A stretch of 53,112 bases of DNA, counting the filler, from Bipalium vagum (lineage: Eukaryota), in the NCBI GenBank assembly GCA_037834085.1. It is 3 parts of 3 records of this genome, joined end to end, with 100 filler letters (N's around TTAATTAATTAA, not from the genome) between each part and the next. Parts side by side here need not be neighbours in the genome. Positions count along the whole stretch, not along the records: positions 33,699 to 53,112 come from JBBMKC010003649.1; 2 more parts are not named here. The stretch is one strand, 5' to 3'. A model generated the notes under the pieces. It was not told the DNA's origin. It ran no database searches and saw only the letters and a list, made by a program, of their open reading frames with translations. Of this stretch, positions 36,411-50,304 are shown one piece after another; the first letter of the stretch is position 1, and the number at the start of each line of letters is the position of its first letter. The position numbers and the translations under genes are program-made.

Positions 36411-37640
36411 GTTATTATTTCTTTTATTTCGTGCGTTATTTAGGAAAATATTATGCATGTTTTAGAGATAATAATCTAGCAATCAAACAAATTTTATTCA
36501 GAAAAATAAAGACCATTATGTTTAACTGACTTAATCCAACGATTTGCAAGTTGTTCGATGCCACCCCGGTACCATGCTTTATCTTTGGAACGGAAAAATT
36601 CACGACATCTATTTTTAACCTGTTCTATGTTCTCAAACTGTTGGCCTCTAAGGAAATGAGCCATTGATCGGTAAAAGTGGTAATTACTGGGTACTAGATC
36701 TGGACTGAATGCAGGGTGTGGTAAAATTTCAATTGGGTGATTTTATTTTGCGTTACTCGCCTAGTATGCGGACTAGCATTATCCTGTTGCAGAAGCATCC
36801 GCTTTCTGTTGAGTAAAGCATACTATTTATGGCTAATTGTTGGTACATCCGATCCAGTTGAGCAAAATAATACTCAGCAGTAATGGTTTGGTCATCTGGA
36901 AGTACTTCGAAGTTTTTAATCTCCTCAAAGTTCCATCACACGCACAACATGATCTTTTTTCCGAACCTATCTTGTTTTAGAACATCCTTGAGCTTCTGGC
37001 CTGGTTCCAACCATTGATTTCTCCTAATCGATATAAAAATATATCCATTTTTCGTCGCACGTGACTATGCGACGTATAAAGCTTTCATCATTTGGATTAT
37101 TTAAGAATTGACGACAGATTGACAAACGGCATTCAGCTTGACTTGTATCGCTTGTTATTTTGATGTAGATGACAAACCACGGATGGTTTTGATGTTCCTG
37201 TCTCAGCCGACAATCTACCCGTACTATTTTATGGATTCATCTCTACGGCTTTGAGAATAGCTTCCAAATCTACAGTGGTGGGACGTCCACTGCGAGGATA
37301 ATCATTGAGTCTATGTCACCCTTGTTGAAATTTTTAACCACTTTTGAGCAGTTTTTATGGACAAGGACTTCATATATTTTATTTGCAGCATTTATGGCTC
37401 TGAAAGTCTGTTTCCAGTAATGTTTCAGAAGTATACGGATTGCTAATTTATCCATGATTTTTTTCTGAATAAATATATACACACAAACATCATATAACGT
37501 AATATAATTAAAAGTATCTTACGCGTCTCTTTCTCAGCTATCAGATGGTGTGTAGCTTGTTAATATTTAAACAAATAATATATTTAAAATTTACTTAAAG
37601 TTTATATAGAAAAAACGCACGAACTGATAAATCAACCCAA
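36411..37640 (-). mobile_element. Near full-length (~1.23 kb) inactivated mariner
   Basis: 5' TIR TTGGGTTGATTTATCAGTTCGTGCGTTTTT (reverse complement of 37611-37640) with TA flank. Eroded partner TTCGTGCGTT at 36428. Transposase from MDKLAIRILLKHYWKQ through LLQDNASPH and HPAFSPDLVPSNYHF to WYRGGIEQLANRWIKSVKHNGLYF, with several frameshifts and stops. Confidence 0.92.
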
Positions 37641-40600
37641 TAATAAGTTTCAAAATTGTCTAAATTAAAAAATCTAAAATTAAATTGAAGCAATATTAAA
37701 ATATTTATCATTCTTATTCAATATTGTCTCATGTGTTTATCCATAATCTATTTCAGTATTATATTAATTAAATTCAAATTATATTTCCTAGAATTATGCA
37801 AACTTAAAATATTTTTATAAATCAACATACTTTGTTTCGTTTCAACATTGAATTTATCGTCTACAGACCACATGTGCTGAATGCACATAATGTCTTAAAT
37901 CTTATAACACTGTTATTTGAAATAATTTACTCTATGGCCATCTGTGTGCGCAAAAATCAATTTTAGTAAGTATATTTATATTTTCATACGTTTTTCAAAA
38001 TGTCCTTCTTACCAATAAATAGTAAAAAAAAGTAATTAGTTTTGTAATGTTAAAAATAATTCAGATCTGGAGAGGTTTAAAATCAAATTTAAGATTGGCC
38101 TATGATTTAAATCTTCAAATTTTGACTTAACGCCTTTATACTTGTATGGCCATTCAAAAATAATCTAACGATTAATTGCTTAGTTTCGTTTTGAACTGTT
38201 ACATGTGAAAATGATATTGTAAATTGTCAGATAAATACAAAAAAGTTGAACTTGATATACCTCCTATTGTGAAAAATATATCTTAAATATTTAAACGTGA
38301 AATGTCTAATTTTGAAAATTGGTGACGAAACCTAAAAGTGACCTGTCAAACCCTGTATTCGACATTAATTTTTTATTACTGAATTTTAATTTTTCAAAAG
38401 TTATTAAATAAAGAATATTATGAAAATTAAATTTTTTAAGAATTAACATAAAATTATTATAAAAATTCTTAACCTCAACACTGAAATTTTCTACAACCTT
38501 TAAAATAAATAATATTTCTTGATATTACTTATTGTGAGACCTAAATGCCATATTTCTTCTTGTCTAACATATATTCTTTTATAAACCGAAAAAATTAACA
38601 TTTGAAATATCTGACCTGTCTGCTGAAAACTGTTGGGAAAATTTAATTTTAATAAATAGGAACTATAATATAATAATTTTCGCAAACGTTAATTAGTATC
38701 AAAATATCGCAAAAATATTCTCTACAGTCACAAATGTTTAATAATTGCCATCATTGTTAAGTATTATCATTATGAGTAGAAATTGTGTTCCAAGTTCATA
38801 ATTAACATTTTAAAAGGCAGATAATATTTATGCTCTCATTATTAACGGAATTTGTCTTTATAATTTTGAGAATTTACTATTCTGTTTGAATCCTCAAATT
38901 TGACAAATAAAAGCTTTATGACTCCGAGGAAAGTTTGAGAATTTTATAAAATTTGATTTTTCTATTACTCTTTGCTCTCGTATTTTTCTTACAAATATTT
39001 TATGATCAATAATATGTAGTTTTTTATCTCACTTTTACCTTTAGTTTAATAATAAGTTAAGATGAATCAATTTCCGACCTCCCCATGGAGTATATAATAG
39101 CACATTTATTGTAATATATTTCAATTCTTAATTGACCATACATTTTATGAAAACTTGTCTCACATATACTTAATAAGATAAAAAACATTTACTGAAAAGT
39201 ACTAACATTTTTAAAATTTCTGGTTTGAACTTTTTTTAGTTTGATTCATCCTTATCTATATAATGCGAAAGTTAAATATTATAATCTTTTTATTAAGAAA
39301 GTCAAATATATTTTTGTTTAATTTTCTCAGATACTTGTAAAATAATGAATAAATTGAAAAAATAAAAAAAATTGTTAAAATAAAAACTAATAAAATATAT
39401 CACGCAATTCCAACTTAGCAATTTCGTTGATAATTCTAATAATCGTACATTTTAAATAATGAGAAATTTGAATAAAAAATGATACGTTGTTAATATTTCA
39501 TTAGAAAATAAAATTTGTATCAATATTTAATTTATAATACAATAAATTTTTGAAAAGTAGGAAGAATTAAAATCCCTTACACTGTTTACAATAAAAAATC
39601 AACAGATAAAATGCTTTAATCAACCAGGAGATTTCGTTTACATATTAATTTTCAATAAAAACACACCAGTAGTGTTAAAATGAAGAAACAAAAATAAAAT
39701 GACACTTAAACCTTGAAAATCACATTTTTTCGAATTTTTAATTCTCATGATTTTTTAGTAATTTTTTGATTTTATTTTCATTCATAATGATTTTTTCATT
39801 TCTTATTTTTTGTATTTTTATATTAAATTTTTTTCTTATGAAATTAAATTAAATTTTTTATTTTTACCATATTTCATATCTTTAAGCAATACAATAAAAT
39901 TTAAAATTTTGAAAAATTGGATATATTATTTCTTCACATTAACACTATTAATTTTAATTAATTTAGATAAATTAAAATATTATAATTAAAAAATAAAGAA
40001 ATTTAAAAGAATATTAAGTATTATATCAATAAATATTAATAATAAATAAAATAAAAATAGTTAACAATATAAAACTATATTACAAAAGTTTTAATCAATT
40101 TAATAAATATAAAAATTAATAATTTTAATTAATAACATATATTTTAATCTATATTAATAAAAATTTAATCTATAAAATATAAAATATAAAAAATGAATTT
40201 ATAAAAACGGAGGCTTCATTCAAATAATTTTTAAATATTTTATGTTAAAAACATGCATCATTTTTCATTATAAAAAGTAAAAAACCAGATATTATTTTTA
40301 TTATTACACATTTAATAAATATTACCCCTAAATATTAATAATAAATTAAGTTTAATTTACTTTTCTTCATTTAATTCTACTTTTACCATTAAAACAAATA
40401 ATAATTGAAATTTTATTAAAGGTAAAGATACAAAACATTACCATGAAAAAAAATTTTAAATTCTTGGTACATATGAAATGCACGAAAAGTCTAAATTAAT
40501 GGAGAATAAATTTAAATATGATTAAACTTTCGAATATATAAAGAAAATAAATTTTATATATCACAAAACCAAATCCAATTTTTTGTAAATTGTACAATGA

Positions 40601-41976
40601 TAATTGTAAAAGGTTGTGAAGTTGAATTTTCAAAAACGGTTTATGAGATAATTTTAGATTTGAAACCGAAAAAGATTATCCAGAAGGAATTTAATATTCA
40701 AAACACATTAATATTCCAAATATAAATAGACTTATGGTTGCACGTAATACTGCTGAATGAGTTTATTATAAGAGCGAAACAATAATTTCATGTTTTCAGA
40801 AAATGCAACAGTTTCGACGTTTGACTTTAAAAATTAATTATTATTTTAATGGAACGTAATATATGACACTTATGAATGACTATGAATGTGATCAACATAT
40901 TTCCTACTATTATATGTAGTAACAAATTCTGATATTTAGATAACTATTTAATGTATTACGTACTATTTTATTTTTCAGAAAAAATCGATTAAAATTTCAT
41001 TACATAATTTGTGCTGGTTTCGGTATAATTATGTTTATACCGTTTCCTGATAGAGAAAGTATTTATTTTGAAGTCTTTAAATTTTGTATAATTAATTTTA
41101 AAAATAATTAAATTAAATATAAAAGAAAATAAATAATTAGAATGTTGATGAGCTTTATTACTTCAATTCATTTAAAAAATTAATATATTTTAATATAGTA
41201 ACCAACTGTTTCTCAAAGGATCAATATAATTAATTGTTACTTTATGAATTTTTCTTGACGACATCAGTATAATTGTCAAATCGTTTTTATAAAATAAGTC
41301 ATATATAAAAATAAAATAAAATATAAAACATTATAAACTGTTTATTCTCTATTGTGTAAGAACGAAGAAAAATCTCTTGGATATCTAATTTTTACTAACA
41401 TAAAAATAAAAACAGTTCAATTATAATAATAAAACTAAATTTAAAATAAACATTGAATTTTATACATATATTGATTTTAATGTGTATCACCTGAATTATC
41501 AATAATTTTTTTCATTATTTTCGACACTAAATGATAAATTATTAACATTATTAAAATACGTAATTAAATCAAAATTGAAAATAAAGTATTTTATCCGAAC
41601 TTCACCCATCAAAATAAATTGAAGTCATCGAATTTTAAGACCATAAGAAGCCATGAGTACTTTAAAATCAGAATACATTTCATAAAAAAATTCATTTTCA
41701 CTTCATGGAATTTGAGATATTCATTTAACACAGTGATTCTCAGCTGCAGGACAAGCAATTCAAAGGTGTACAAATCATTACATGTGAAAAATCGTGTTTT
41801 ATGTTGCTGTTAAATAAATAGTTTGTGATGCTGATTAAACTACTTCTGTTCACAACTACTTTAACTACCACAGTTAAGTATTTCAAAGGTAATCCTATAA
41901 TCTGATAATCTTATTATTATTGGTTTTATTAAATATCGTGAGTTATGGTTTATTTTTTGTAATATTGATTTTCTTT

Positions 41977-42041
41977 GAGGTCGCCAAGATTTATAAAAAT
42001 TGGAAAATTGGTCGCAATAGAAAAAAGTTTGAGAGCCGCTG
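41977..42041 (+). mobile_element. hAT element terminus
   Basis: GGTCGC...GGTCGC...AAAAAGTTTGAGAGCCGCTG, the same organisation as 16940-17004. Confidence 0.65.
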
Positions 42042-45000
42042 TTTTAGCCTAATTAGCTAATAATGTTTATCAAAAGTTTTAGTCGAACATTACAGTGAAT
42101 ACAAAGTCATCTAATATGATAATCAGCACATTGTTCCAGACGTCTTCGTTAAAATTACATTTGGATTGGTAGATATCGTATCAACTTTTAAGATCAATAG
42201 TTTTTGAAGTAGAGAAAAATAATGTAGTTAATGATTTCTTTAACTATTAAGATTTCTATTTCTAGAAAAAATCAATTAAATCATTATCAAAAAATAATTG
42301 GTACATTGTAACATCTAAAAGAAAATTATTATTTTATTCTTCATTTTCATTTCATTTTACTATTGATCGATTTGCCTAAATAATTCAGAAAACTTAAAGA
42401 CAAATTTGTCCAATTTAAATTACTTCTTGAATTTAATTATTCTATTACTTATTAATTTTATTTTGTTAAATTTTTGTTTTGAACTCTTAATTTAAACGGG
42501 AGACAGACTTTTGCAGGAAATTAATACGATTTTTAGAAAATACTTGTCAATAAAATCATTGTCGACAAAAATACCGATATCAAATTCAAGTTTCACAAAA
42601 TAGACCTGTTGGAAATAATCAATAAAAAACTTTAATTTTTCTTTAAGATTTTACTTTGATGAGCTGAAATGCCTCATACTTTGAATTAATATAACGAAAA
42701 ACCCTCAGTTAAATAAATGCTCTAAACAGTTGTCTTCTTGCGGGGGTGTGTTTAGACCTATTAGAAAAGTTGCCTTTGAATACTATATTTTACTCTCACT
42801 GCAATTATAACTGTCAAACAAATCGTTTTAATATTCAAGCTTGTCAATTACCCTAAACACTACTTCAAAGAAACTCTAAACCATTAAAATATTTTTATAG
42901 AGTTGGAATAAAATTCCAGTGAACATTTCAGCTAATTCTATTTCGATTTTCTGTTGAAAGATCAGTTATAGTCAATTCTTTCAGAACTAGAGTGGCAACA
43001 AGTACAAAGGAATAATATAAAAATAGTTCAAAGTTTTCTTTATCAACTGTTATATTCATATAATTTTTCTAAGTAAAAATGATTGTCAGAAATAAATTTT
43101 CTTGCCTTGTGAATTTTTATCCAATTATACTTGATAATATACCCTACTCAAATCTATTGAGCTAAAATAACACTCAATCCTTCTCACTAACTTCACACTC
43201 TTGTTATTCTTTAGGTCAGTATCACAACAGTCTTCTTTTGATCAGGTATAAGCTTCAAGTTATAGATAAAAACTCAGGTCAGATCAATTACAGATCAATT
43301 ACACTCTTATCACTTGTTTCTCAAAAAGATACAGTTTCAATACTATTTATTTTAATCTTCACTAAAAATAGGAAATTAAACATGTTACTAATAAAATTTA
43401 TCAGCTCTTGATTGAATGTAAATAAATAAAATTAACAAAAGTTCAGAAGGATTGCTTTTTACTCACTTTTAAAGAATAAATTTCCTGTCTTTTCTGGAAA
43501 TTTTGGAATGTGCACGGCTTTGAATGTTCTTAAGGCTTGTCCCATTTGCAGTTAGTGCTAAGTAATTTCCTTGATTTGATATTTTTACAACAGAATTTTT
43601 CCAAAATTAATTCAGGTCCTGTAACGAGAAACAGTGCACTGATTGGCTGATTAAATTAAATATTGTTACTTGCTTGTTTTAACATGGGAGCTTTACAGTT
43701 CTTCGTTTTAGACATGGAAGACGATATTATTATTAGACAGATGGGACGATAGACGATCCGTTCAATAATAATTCAGAATATGTTTCTGGAAATGTGGAAT
43801 GTTTCATGTTATTTTTTTATGTTGAGAAATTTATTTATTTAATGGAGAATTTTGCAAATTAGGAATTTTCAGGCCATTTTTCCGTAAATAGAAAATTTCC
43901 AGAACACTTAAACATTTTTCACTTAATACGTCTATAAATCATGTTATTTTTAAGAGACACATTAATATAATCTTTAAATGAAAAATATGTAAAATAAAAT
44001 TTTTTTTTTCAATTTTTGTTTAGAATTTCTAAAATGTCTGGAAAATAAATTTTGAATTGAATTAAAATGCATTTTGTTTTAATAATAATTTTTATTTACT
44101 GTAATGACTGTTCACATTTTCATAAGATAGTAATATATTCAAAACTTTTAGACCACAATATGTCAACGTTTATCCCAGCGGAAATTCTTAAGTGGTATTT
44201 GTATATTTGTGTGATCATTTTATTTTTTGTAAAATATCATTTTTTAAAGTTATTTTAAAAATAACATTCTAATGATCAATAAATAAATAATTCTTCTGTA
44301 TTCCGAAGTCTTTAAAATTTTTGATAATTGTGAAAGTACAGTATTTTTATGAATGATGATTTATATTTTAATTGTAACGTAAAGAAATGTGTTATGGTTT
44401 AGAATACAATTAGAAAAATTATTATTTAAAATTATTATTATATAAATTTTAATGGTGCTTGTTGCACTAGTTAATTTTAGCACTTTAAAATGAAATTAAT
44501 CTTGTTTTAATTAATAATTTTTAATATAATATTGTCAAAAGTTACTGATTTATAAGATTATAAATCAATAAATATAACTTTAAAATTTTTACATAAAAGC
44601 CCATTATTCTTACAAAAATTAATTTCTGTCTGGTTTTTATTATATTCTTTAATTTGTACAATTTCCACTTCAAATTTCAAATAAATTCCTTTAGTTTTCA
44701 TAATACGTTTTCCAAAATACATTTCTAGACCCATTTCCAATTTCATAGATTTTGTATAGTAATGGAATATTTTAGTATTAAAGAACAATGACAAAATTTT
44801 GAGTCATTAGTGATTAAATTATTGAAACCAAAAAGAGATTCAAAAATGGAGAAAGAAAAATCAATATATCATCAATGTTTCCTTAATTAATGTTTATTTT
44901 AATTTTTTTTTATAAAAAGGATGTTTTAAAAATTTTTAGATATATTTATAAAAAATTATTTTATTTAATTCAATGATAAAGATAAATTATAAAAAACATG

Positions 45001-47965
45001 AATATGACGTCATTTGAATAAAATTGTTCATAATATATTAAAATTGATTGAATTTCTTAATGTAAAAGATCGAAACATATTTTAAGATAGTATTATAATG
45101 AATAAAATTTCATAATTTCTAAATTGATTATTACTGAGCGAGTATTTATAAAAAATTTGTTCACATGAATAATATATATTTTTACATGCTTAGGTTTCTG
45201 CTATACATCACTTTTATCATTAATACTCGAAAGCGAAATAGATTCAGTGTTTCCAGAAACAAATGTTTTTTCTGAAGTTAACTGAATTTTGACATATGTA
45301 ACTGAAAATTTATTAATTATTATTTTTATTTATCTGGAATTTATTTATTTATCGCGATTAGAAAAGTCAAGTGGCTTGCATTCTCATTTTTAGCAACACT
45401 TTTAATGAAGTATATGTAGAAGTTTATTTTATTTGTTTATTTATATGGTATTAATATATAAATATTATATAAATTATATGCATAAAATGTCATATTTCAT
45501 TTTCAAAAGATTGAAAATTTCTTATGTTAAAGTTATAAAACTTTAAAAATTATCAAAATGAATATTAAATTTTTCAAATATTTATTTCAGAATTTTCTTT
45601 AGTAAACAAACTCCATTTTTATTTAATCAAACCTGTAAAAATTAATAAAATCATAAAAATGTACTTATAAATAAAAAATTGGAAAAAATATTCCATAACA
45701 TTTATGGTTGTACTGGATCAGTTTTGGCAGGACAATACATGATAAAATCGTTTTACTTTTTTACTGTACTTTAATTTCATGATATACGGAAAATGATTTT
45801 GAATTTTTAACAAATTGCTGATCGATCCTACAGTCTTTGAGAACTTTATTGACATTTCTTGGGCAACCTTTTTCATAGTTGGGAAGTAATAAAATGTCTT
45901 ATTGTGAGTTATTACTCATGGGGTTATCATTAAACCTAATCATAATAAAAGTGAACGAATCGGCTGTAATATTGCCAAGGAATATTGTGGATTTGTTAAT
46001 ATAAATATTAAGTGTGCATATTATTCAAAAATAAAGGCAGAGAACTCATAAAAATTTTATTTACATTTATAACATTATATTAAAAAAAAAGAGAATATTA
46101 TGTAAGTTTAAATTCATTTAAATATAATTTCTTCTACTCTGTGAGAAAACCCAGAACCTTATTGTAAAACACCAGAGTGATTAGTTAGATCAAAAAGATG
46201 TGAGATGAAAATATAAAAGTAATAGAGATTTAATTCTAGTTCAGTTATTTTTTCTCTTTTCATAAAATTTCAATTTTCATAAAATATTTTAGCTCATCAT
46301 ACAAATAAGGAATTTCTAAAGAAGAAAGTCTGGTAATTTACAGCACTATTTATAACTGTTTTCAATCACCAATTGATGTCAGTTGAATTTTTTTAACTAA
46401 TATTTCCAAAATATCAAATATGTATGTTGGTTTTCTACATATTGACATTCAGAAAAGTATATCTTATAAGTATATATAACTAACACATGCTGGATATATA
46501 TATATATATCACATTTTATATATTTGTTTATATTATTTTTGAAGTTTGTGTTAGATTTTTATCACATAAATGCCATAAAATTATATTAATATCAAAACTT
46601 ATCTATAATCAAGGCTTTGGCATTATTTATTAATTATAAAGAAAGGTTTTAATAATAAAATATAGTATCAGATCTTGAGAAAAACTTCTTGAAATAGCTT
46701 TAGTAAAACATCCTTCAATGTTAGTGTTTTACTAGTTTTTCCTCTTTACTCTTAATTTAAGTTTTCAATTTAAAATACATGGTATTTTATTTCTACATGT
46801 TAGTTTTGAAGATAAAACTGTTTTTCAAAGTGATCATTAAAATGGTGATGATATGGGTTTGAAAAAACATCTCCATATTTCTTTCTGTAAATTGCCTTTT
46901 AGGCTTTGATTCGAAGTCACTCTCGCAATCCACGTATATCAATTTTGGACATCAAAATCTCAAAATCTAATCACTCATAAATATTTTCTTTAATTATTAT
47001 TTCGTCCTGCTTTCCAATCGCCACAGGACTATCTTGTTCAAGACTATAATAAAATTGATTTACAAAGTAGTTTCACTACTTTCGATGTACAAAATAATAT
47101 CAACTTATCTTATTGTGGTCAATTAACTGTTTGCATTTTATATCAACTTTTTAATGAAAAAAAGTTTGATTATATTTTAAAAATGGTAAAATATGTCCTT
47201 CTAGAAAAATAAAAAATGGATAATTATTTTAATTCTTCTTATTTCTATGATGCTTTTTAAAAAATAATGATTTTATTAAAAATGAATCAGTAGATAATTT
47301 TTCTTATTGTAACTGGTAATTCAATGAAGGTGTGCTAAATATGAATAACACTAAAATAAATAATATCCCTAATGCAATTGGAAGAGGAGATCCTGTAAAT
47401 TCAGAATATTTAAATTAATCAAAACAAAAGATTGGTCGAAAGAATTTGTCTAAGTTAACAAACTTCGAAAATTTTAAAGACTATAACTTTACATATTATG
47501 AAAAAACTTTCTATCAAAGAACTGGAATAAATAACAGGAAACGAATAAATTTGTTAATATAATAAATATTTTATTGTTGGCCATATTGAATTACAGATTC
47601 TAAAAGAAAGACAAAATCTTTAAAAATTAAAATTAACTCCAGGAACATGTGAAATTTCTGAAATATCTAAATATATTAAGAGTGAATTTTAAAATGAATA
47701 GTTTATATATTTAAATAATATAAAAATTTTAAATAACGCTTTATAATAAATGTATTTCAATAATTATAAAAAATTTATTCCTAATAATATTTAAATAGAA
47801 ATATAAAGCAAACACCAGCCCATATCTAAATTAAAGTTCAAATCATAATACTTCTCATTTAAACTATAATATACCATTATTTCCGTTTTTAAACATGATG
47901 GCCCAAAACATATTGAGGACATTGTATTTTACTAAATAAAGGCATAATAAATGTTCTGTAATATA

Positions 47966-48130
47966 CAATGGTGGTCATTAAATAGTACCCGGATTGCAAA
48001 AAGTTTTATTAGAATTCAAAAAAATATACAATTAACAATATGAACAAAATCGCGATTGTTAATAACGAGTGTATAGTCCCCGACACTGAATGAAAATTTC
48101 AATTCTTTGCGGCATTGAAGAAATTATTAT
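47966..48130 (+). mobile_element. Possible mariner terminal remnant
   Basis: TA-CAATGGTGGTCATTAAATAGTACCCGGA resembles mariner-type TIRs. No clear coding support. Confidence 0.3.
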
Positions 48131-49786
48131 TATTATAATTATTCAAGTTATTTATGATATGCAATGAGGCTTAACTTTCACAAGAAAAATAGATATTGAT
48201 AAAGAAATACTTTATGGAAAAAACACAGATGTCAAAATAAAATTACTTGATTTAAAATTGTTTATTCAAGAATAACAATTTAAAAAATCAGCTGAATTAG
48301 AGTTTTATCAAGTATTGATGATGGAAAATCTATAATTTAAAATTAGTATAATTATAAACAAAATTCTTGATAAGCTGCTATAAAGTGCAGATCTCATGAT
48401 AAGCAAACTTTGCTGGTAAGCTGTTATAATGTACAGATCTTCTGGTTACTGGTGACTAGAGTTGCTAGTTGTTATAAGTTTTCTTTCTTATTACTTCTCA
48501 TAATTCAATTTTTAATTCTCTACCCTTATGTATTATTATTTTTAAAAGATTATTATTCTTAATCACTATATATATTTATTTTAGCAACTCTATTTTATAA
48601 TTTTAAATATCTTACACTTTCCAGTGTAATATTTACATTTTTATGATAAATATATTTCAGAACAAATATAACATAACTAATTTATAATAACTATGATATT
48701 TACATTTAATAATTCAAATTTGCTTTATAACAAATATTATTTATACAAACTACTATTAGTACTAATAATATTTTTGGATTTGATTACTTGATTTTTTTAT
48801 AACAAATATAATATAACTAATTTAAAATTTTATTAGTACTTTAATTTACATACTTTTTGTCAAAGACGATTATGACATTTACATTTTTCATAATAAGAAT
48901 CATTGATATGCGAATCCTTAAAGTTTTCACAAAGCTCAAATTTACAAATTTTCAGAAAGATTGTAAAATCAAAATCATAATGTAATATAAATTTATAAGA
49001 ATAATTAAATTTTTCACAAGGATTTACTTAGTTTTTATTTATTTAAATTTGACGTGGGCTTGGACATGTTGGGCCTGAGTAGCCTCCATAATATGTATAG
49101 TTACTTTAAAGTTAAGGCACGACTCCGACAATAGAGTTGTCGAAAAGACTTATTCTATCAAAGTAAATAAATTACTACTACCACTATAATAAACTGAAAT
49201 ATGTGGATTAAATTAAATATTAAAAATGACTATTTTTCTTTGGTTGCATGATAATATCCTGTGATGATCGCTCATCCAGAAAACAGACATATAATATGAA
49301 ATAATTTTTAAAGCAAATTCGTATTTGTAAACGAATGAAATAATAAATTACGTATTTCAAGTCTTTATTTCCGTAACACAATACAGGATTCTTATTTTTC
49401 TTCGTACTCGACTGTCATGAAATTTATCTTTTTTTACATTTTTCACGATTTAAGTGTTATATTCACACTATTTGTATATTCATTATTTTTTCTAGCAATG
49501 GCTATATATCATTTTTTACAATGATTAAAGTAAGTTTTTGACTAAATTTACATTTTAATATTTATTACAATAACGTAATTCTCTTAACTCTATCACAAAA
49601 CTTAAATTTAATTTAAACTCTAAAACATTAAAATTATTTTTTGTCAATGATATTTAATTATCAATGAAATCCTTTTTAAACCTACTTTAAAATAAAATGG
49701 TTGTTATTTTTGTTATTTCAAACTTAAACAATTTTATTTCAAGGTCATTTAATATAACCAGTTTGAATTTCATAAAAGCTATCGAT

Positions 49787-50304
49787 ATGAATCCACTATG
49801 TGCGCGATGTAATAGAATTGTTTACCCTGTTGAAAAATTTTCATGTTTGGATAAAGTACTTGATTTATTTTTCATTTAATGTTATGATCAAAAATTAAGA
49901 ATTGGCATAAAGGGTGTTTCAAATGCACACATTGTGACCTAACTCTTACTATGCAAAATTATAAAGGCTATGAAAAAATGCCATATTGTCCAGCGTAAAT
50001 TTAATAATGATATTGTCTCATCGTCAATAAAATGTATTTTGCTTTTAAGTCACACTCCTACACAAAAATTCACATCCGTTATTGATACACCAGAAAATAA
50101 GAGACTGACCCAATTAACGCAAAATATAAGCAATGTAATTAAACTCCATAATTTTTGTTTAACGTTTTTTACAGATTAATTATCACAAGAAATTTAATAA
50201 TGAAAAAAATTCGAGAAATATTTTTGAAGTAAAAATATTGTTAGTGTTTTTTTTATTTATTTTAATTATCACAGACTTCTATATATTCTGCAGAAAACGA
50301 AAAT
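49787..50304 (+). CDS. LASP1: LIM and SH3 domain protein (LASP family), 5' exons; SH3 exon not seen in window
   Basis: Exons 49787-49855 ([23 protein letters not shown]), 49900-49994 ([32 protein letters not shown]), 50050-50134 ([28 protein letters not shown]), 50175-50228 ([18 protein letters not shown]) and 50275-50304. Complete LIM zinc ligands plus a nebulin repeat (DTPE...S..Y). GT-AG introns of 40-55 nt. Possible further small exons at 51540-51559, ~52087-52129 and ~52293-52317. Confidence 0.93.

Noticed and set aside
22301-44794. Short I/K/N/F/L-rich ORFs in contigs 2-3 (e.g. 22843-23028, 26377-26583, 28391-28621, 34713-34916, 44067-44258, 44558-44794)
   Set aside because: Their composition is that expected of chance ORFs in very AT-rich DNA; no motifs or consistent splice structure.
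49120-49150. Hairpin CGACAA-TAGAG-TTGTCG followed by AAAA
   Set aside because: Short stem without a ribozyme core or other support.
49697-49786. Upstream in-frame ATG extending LASP by 30 aa
   Set aside because: LASP proteins begin MNPxCARC and the extension is low-complexity AT-rich sequence; 49787 is preferred.
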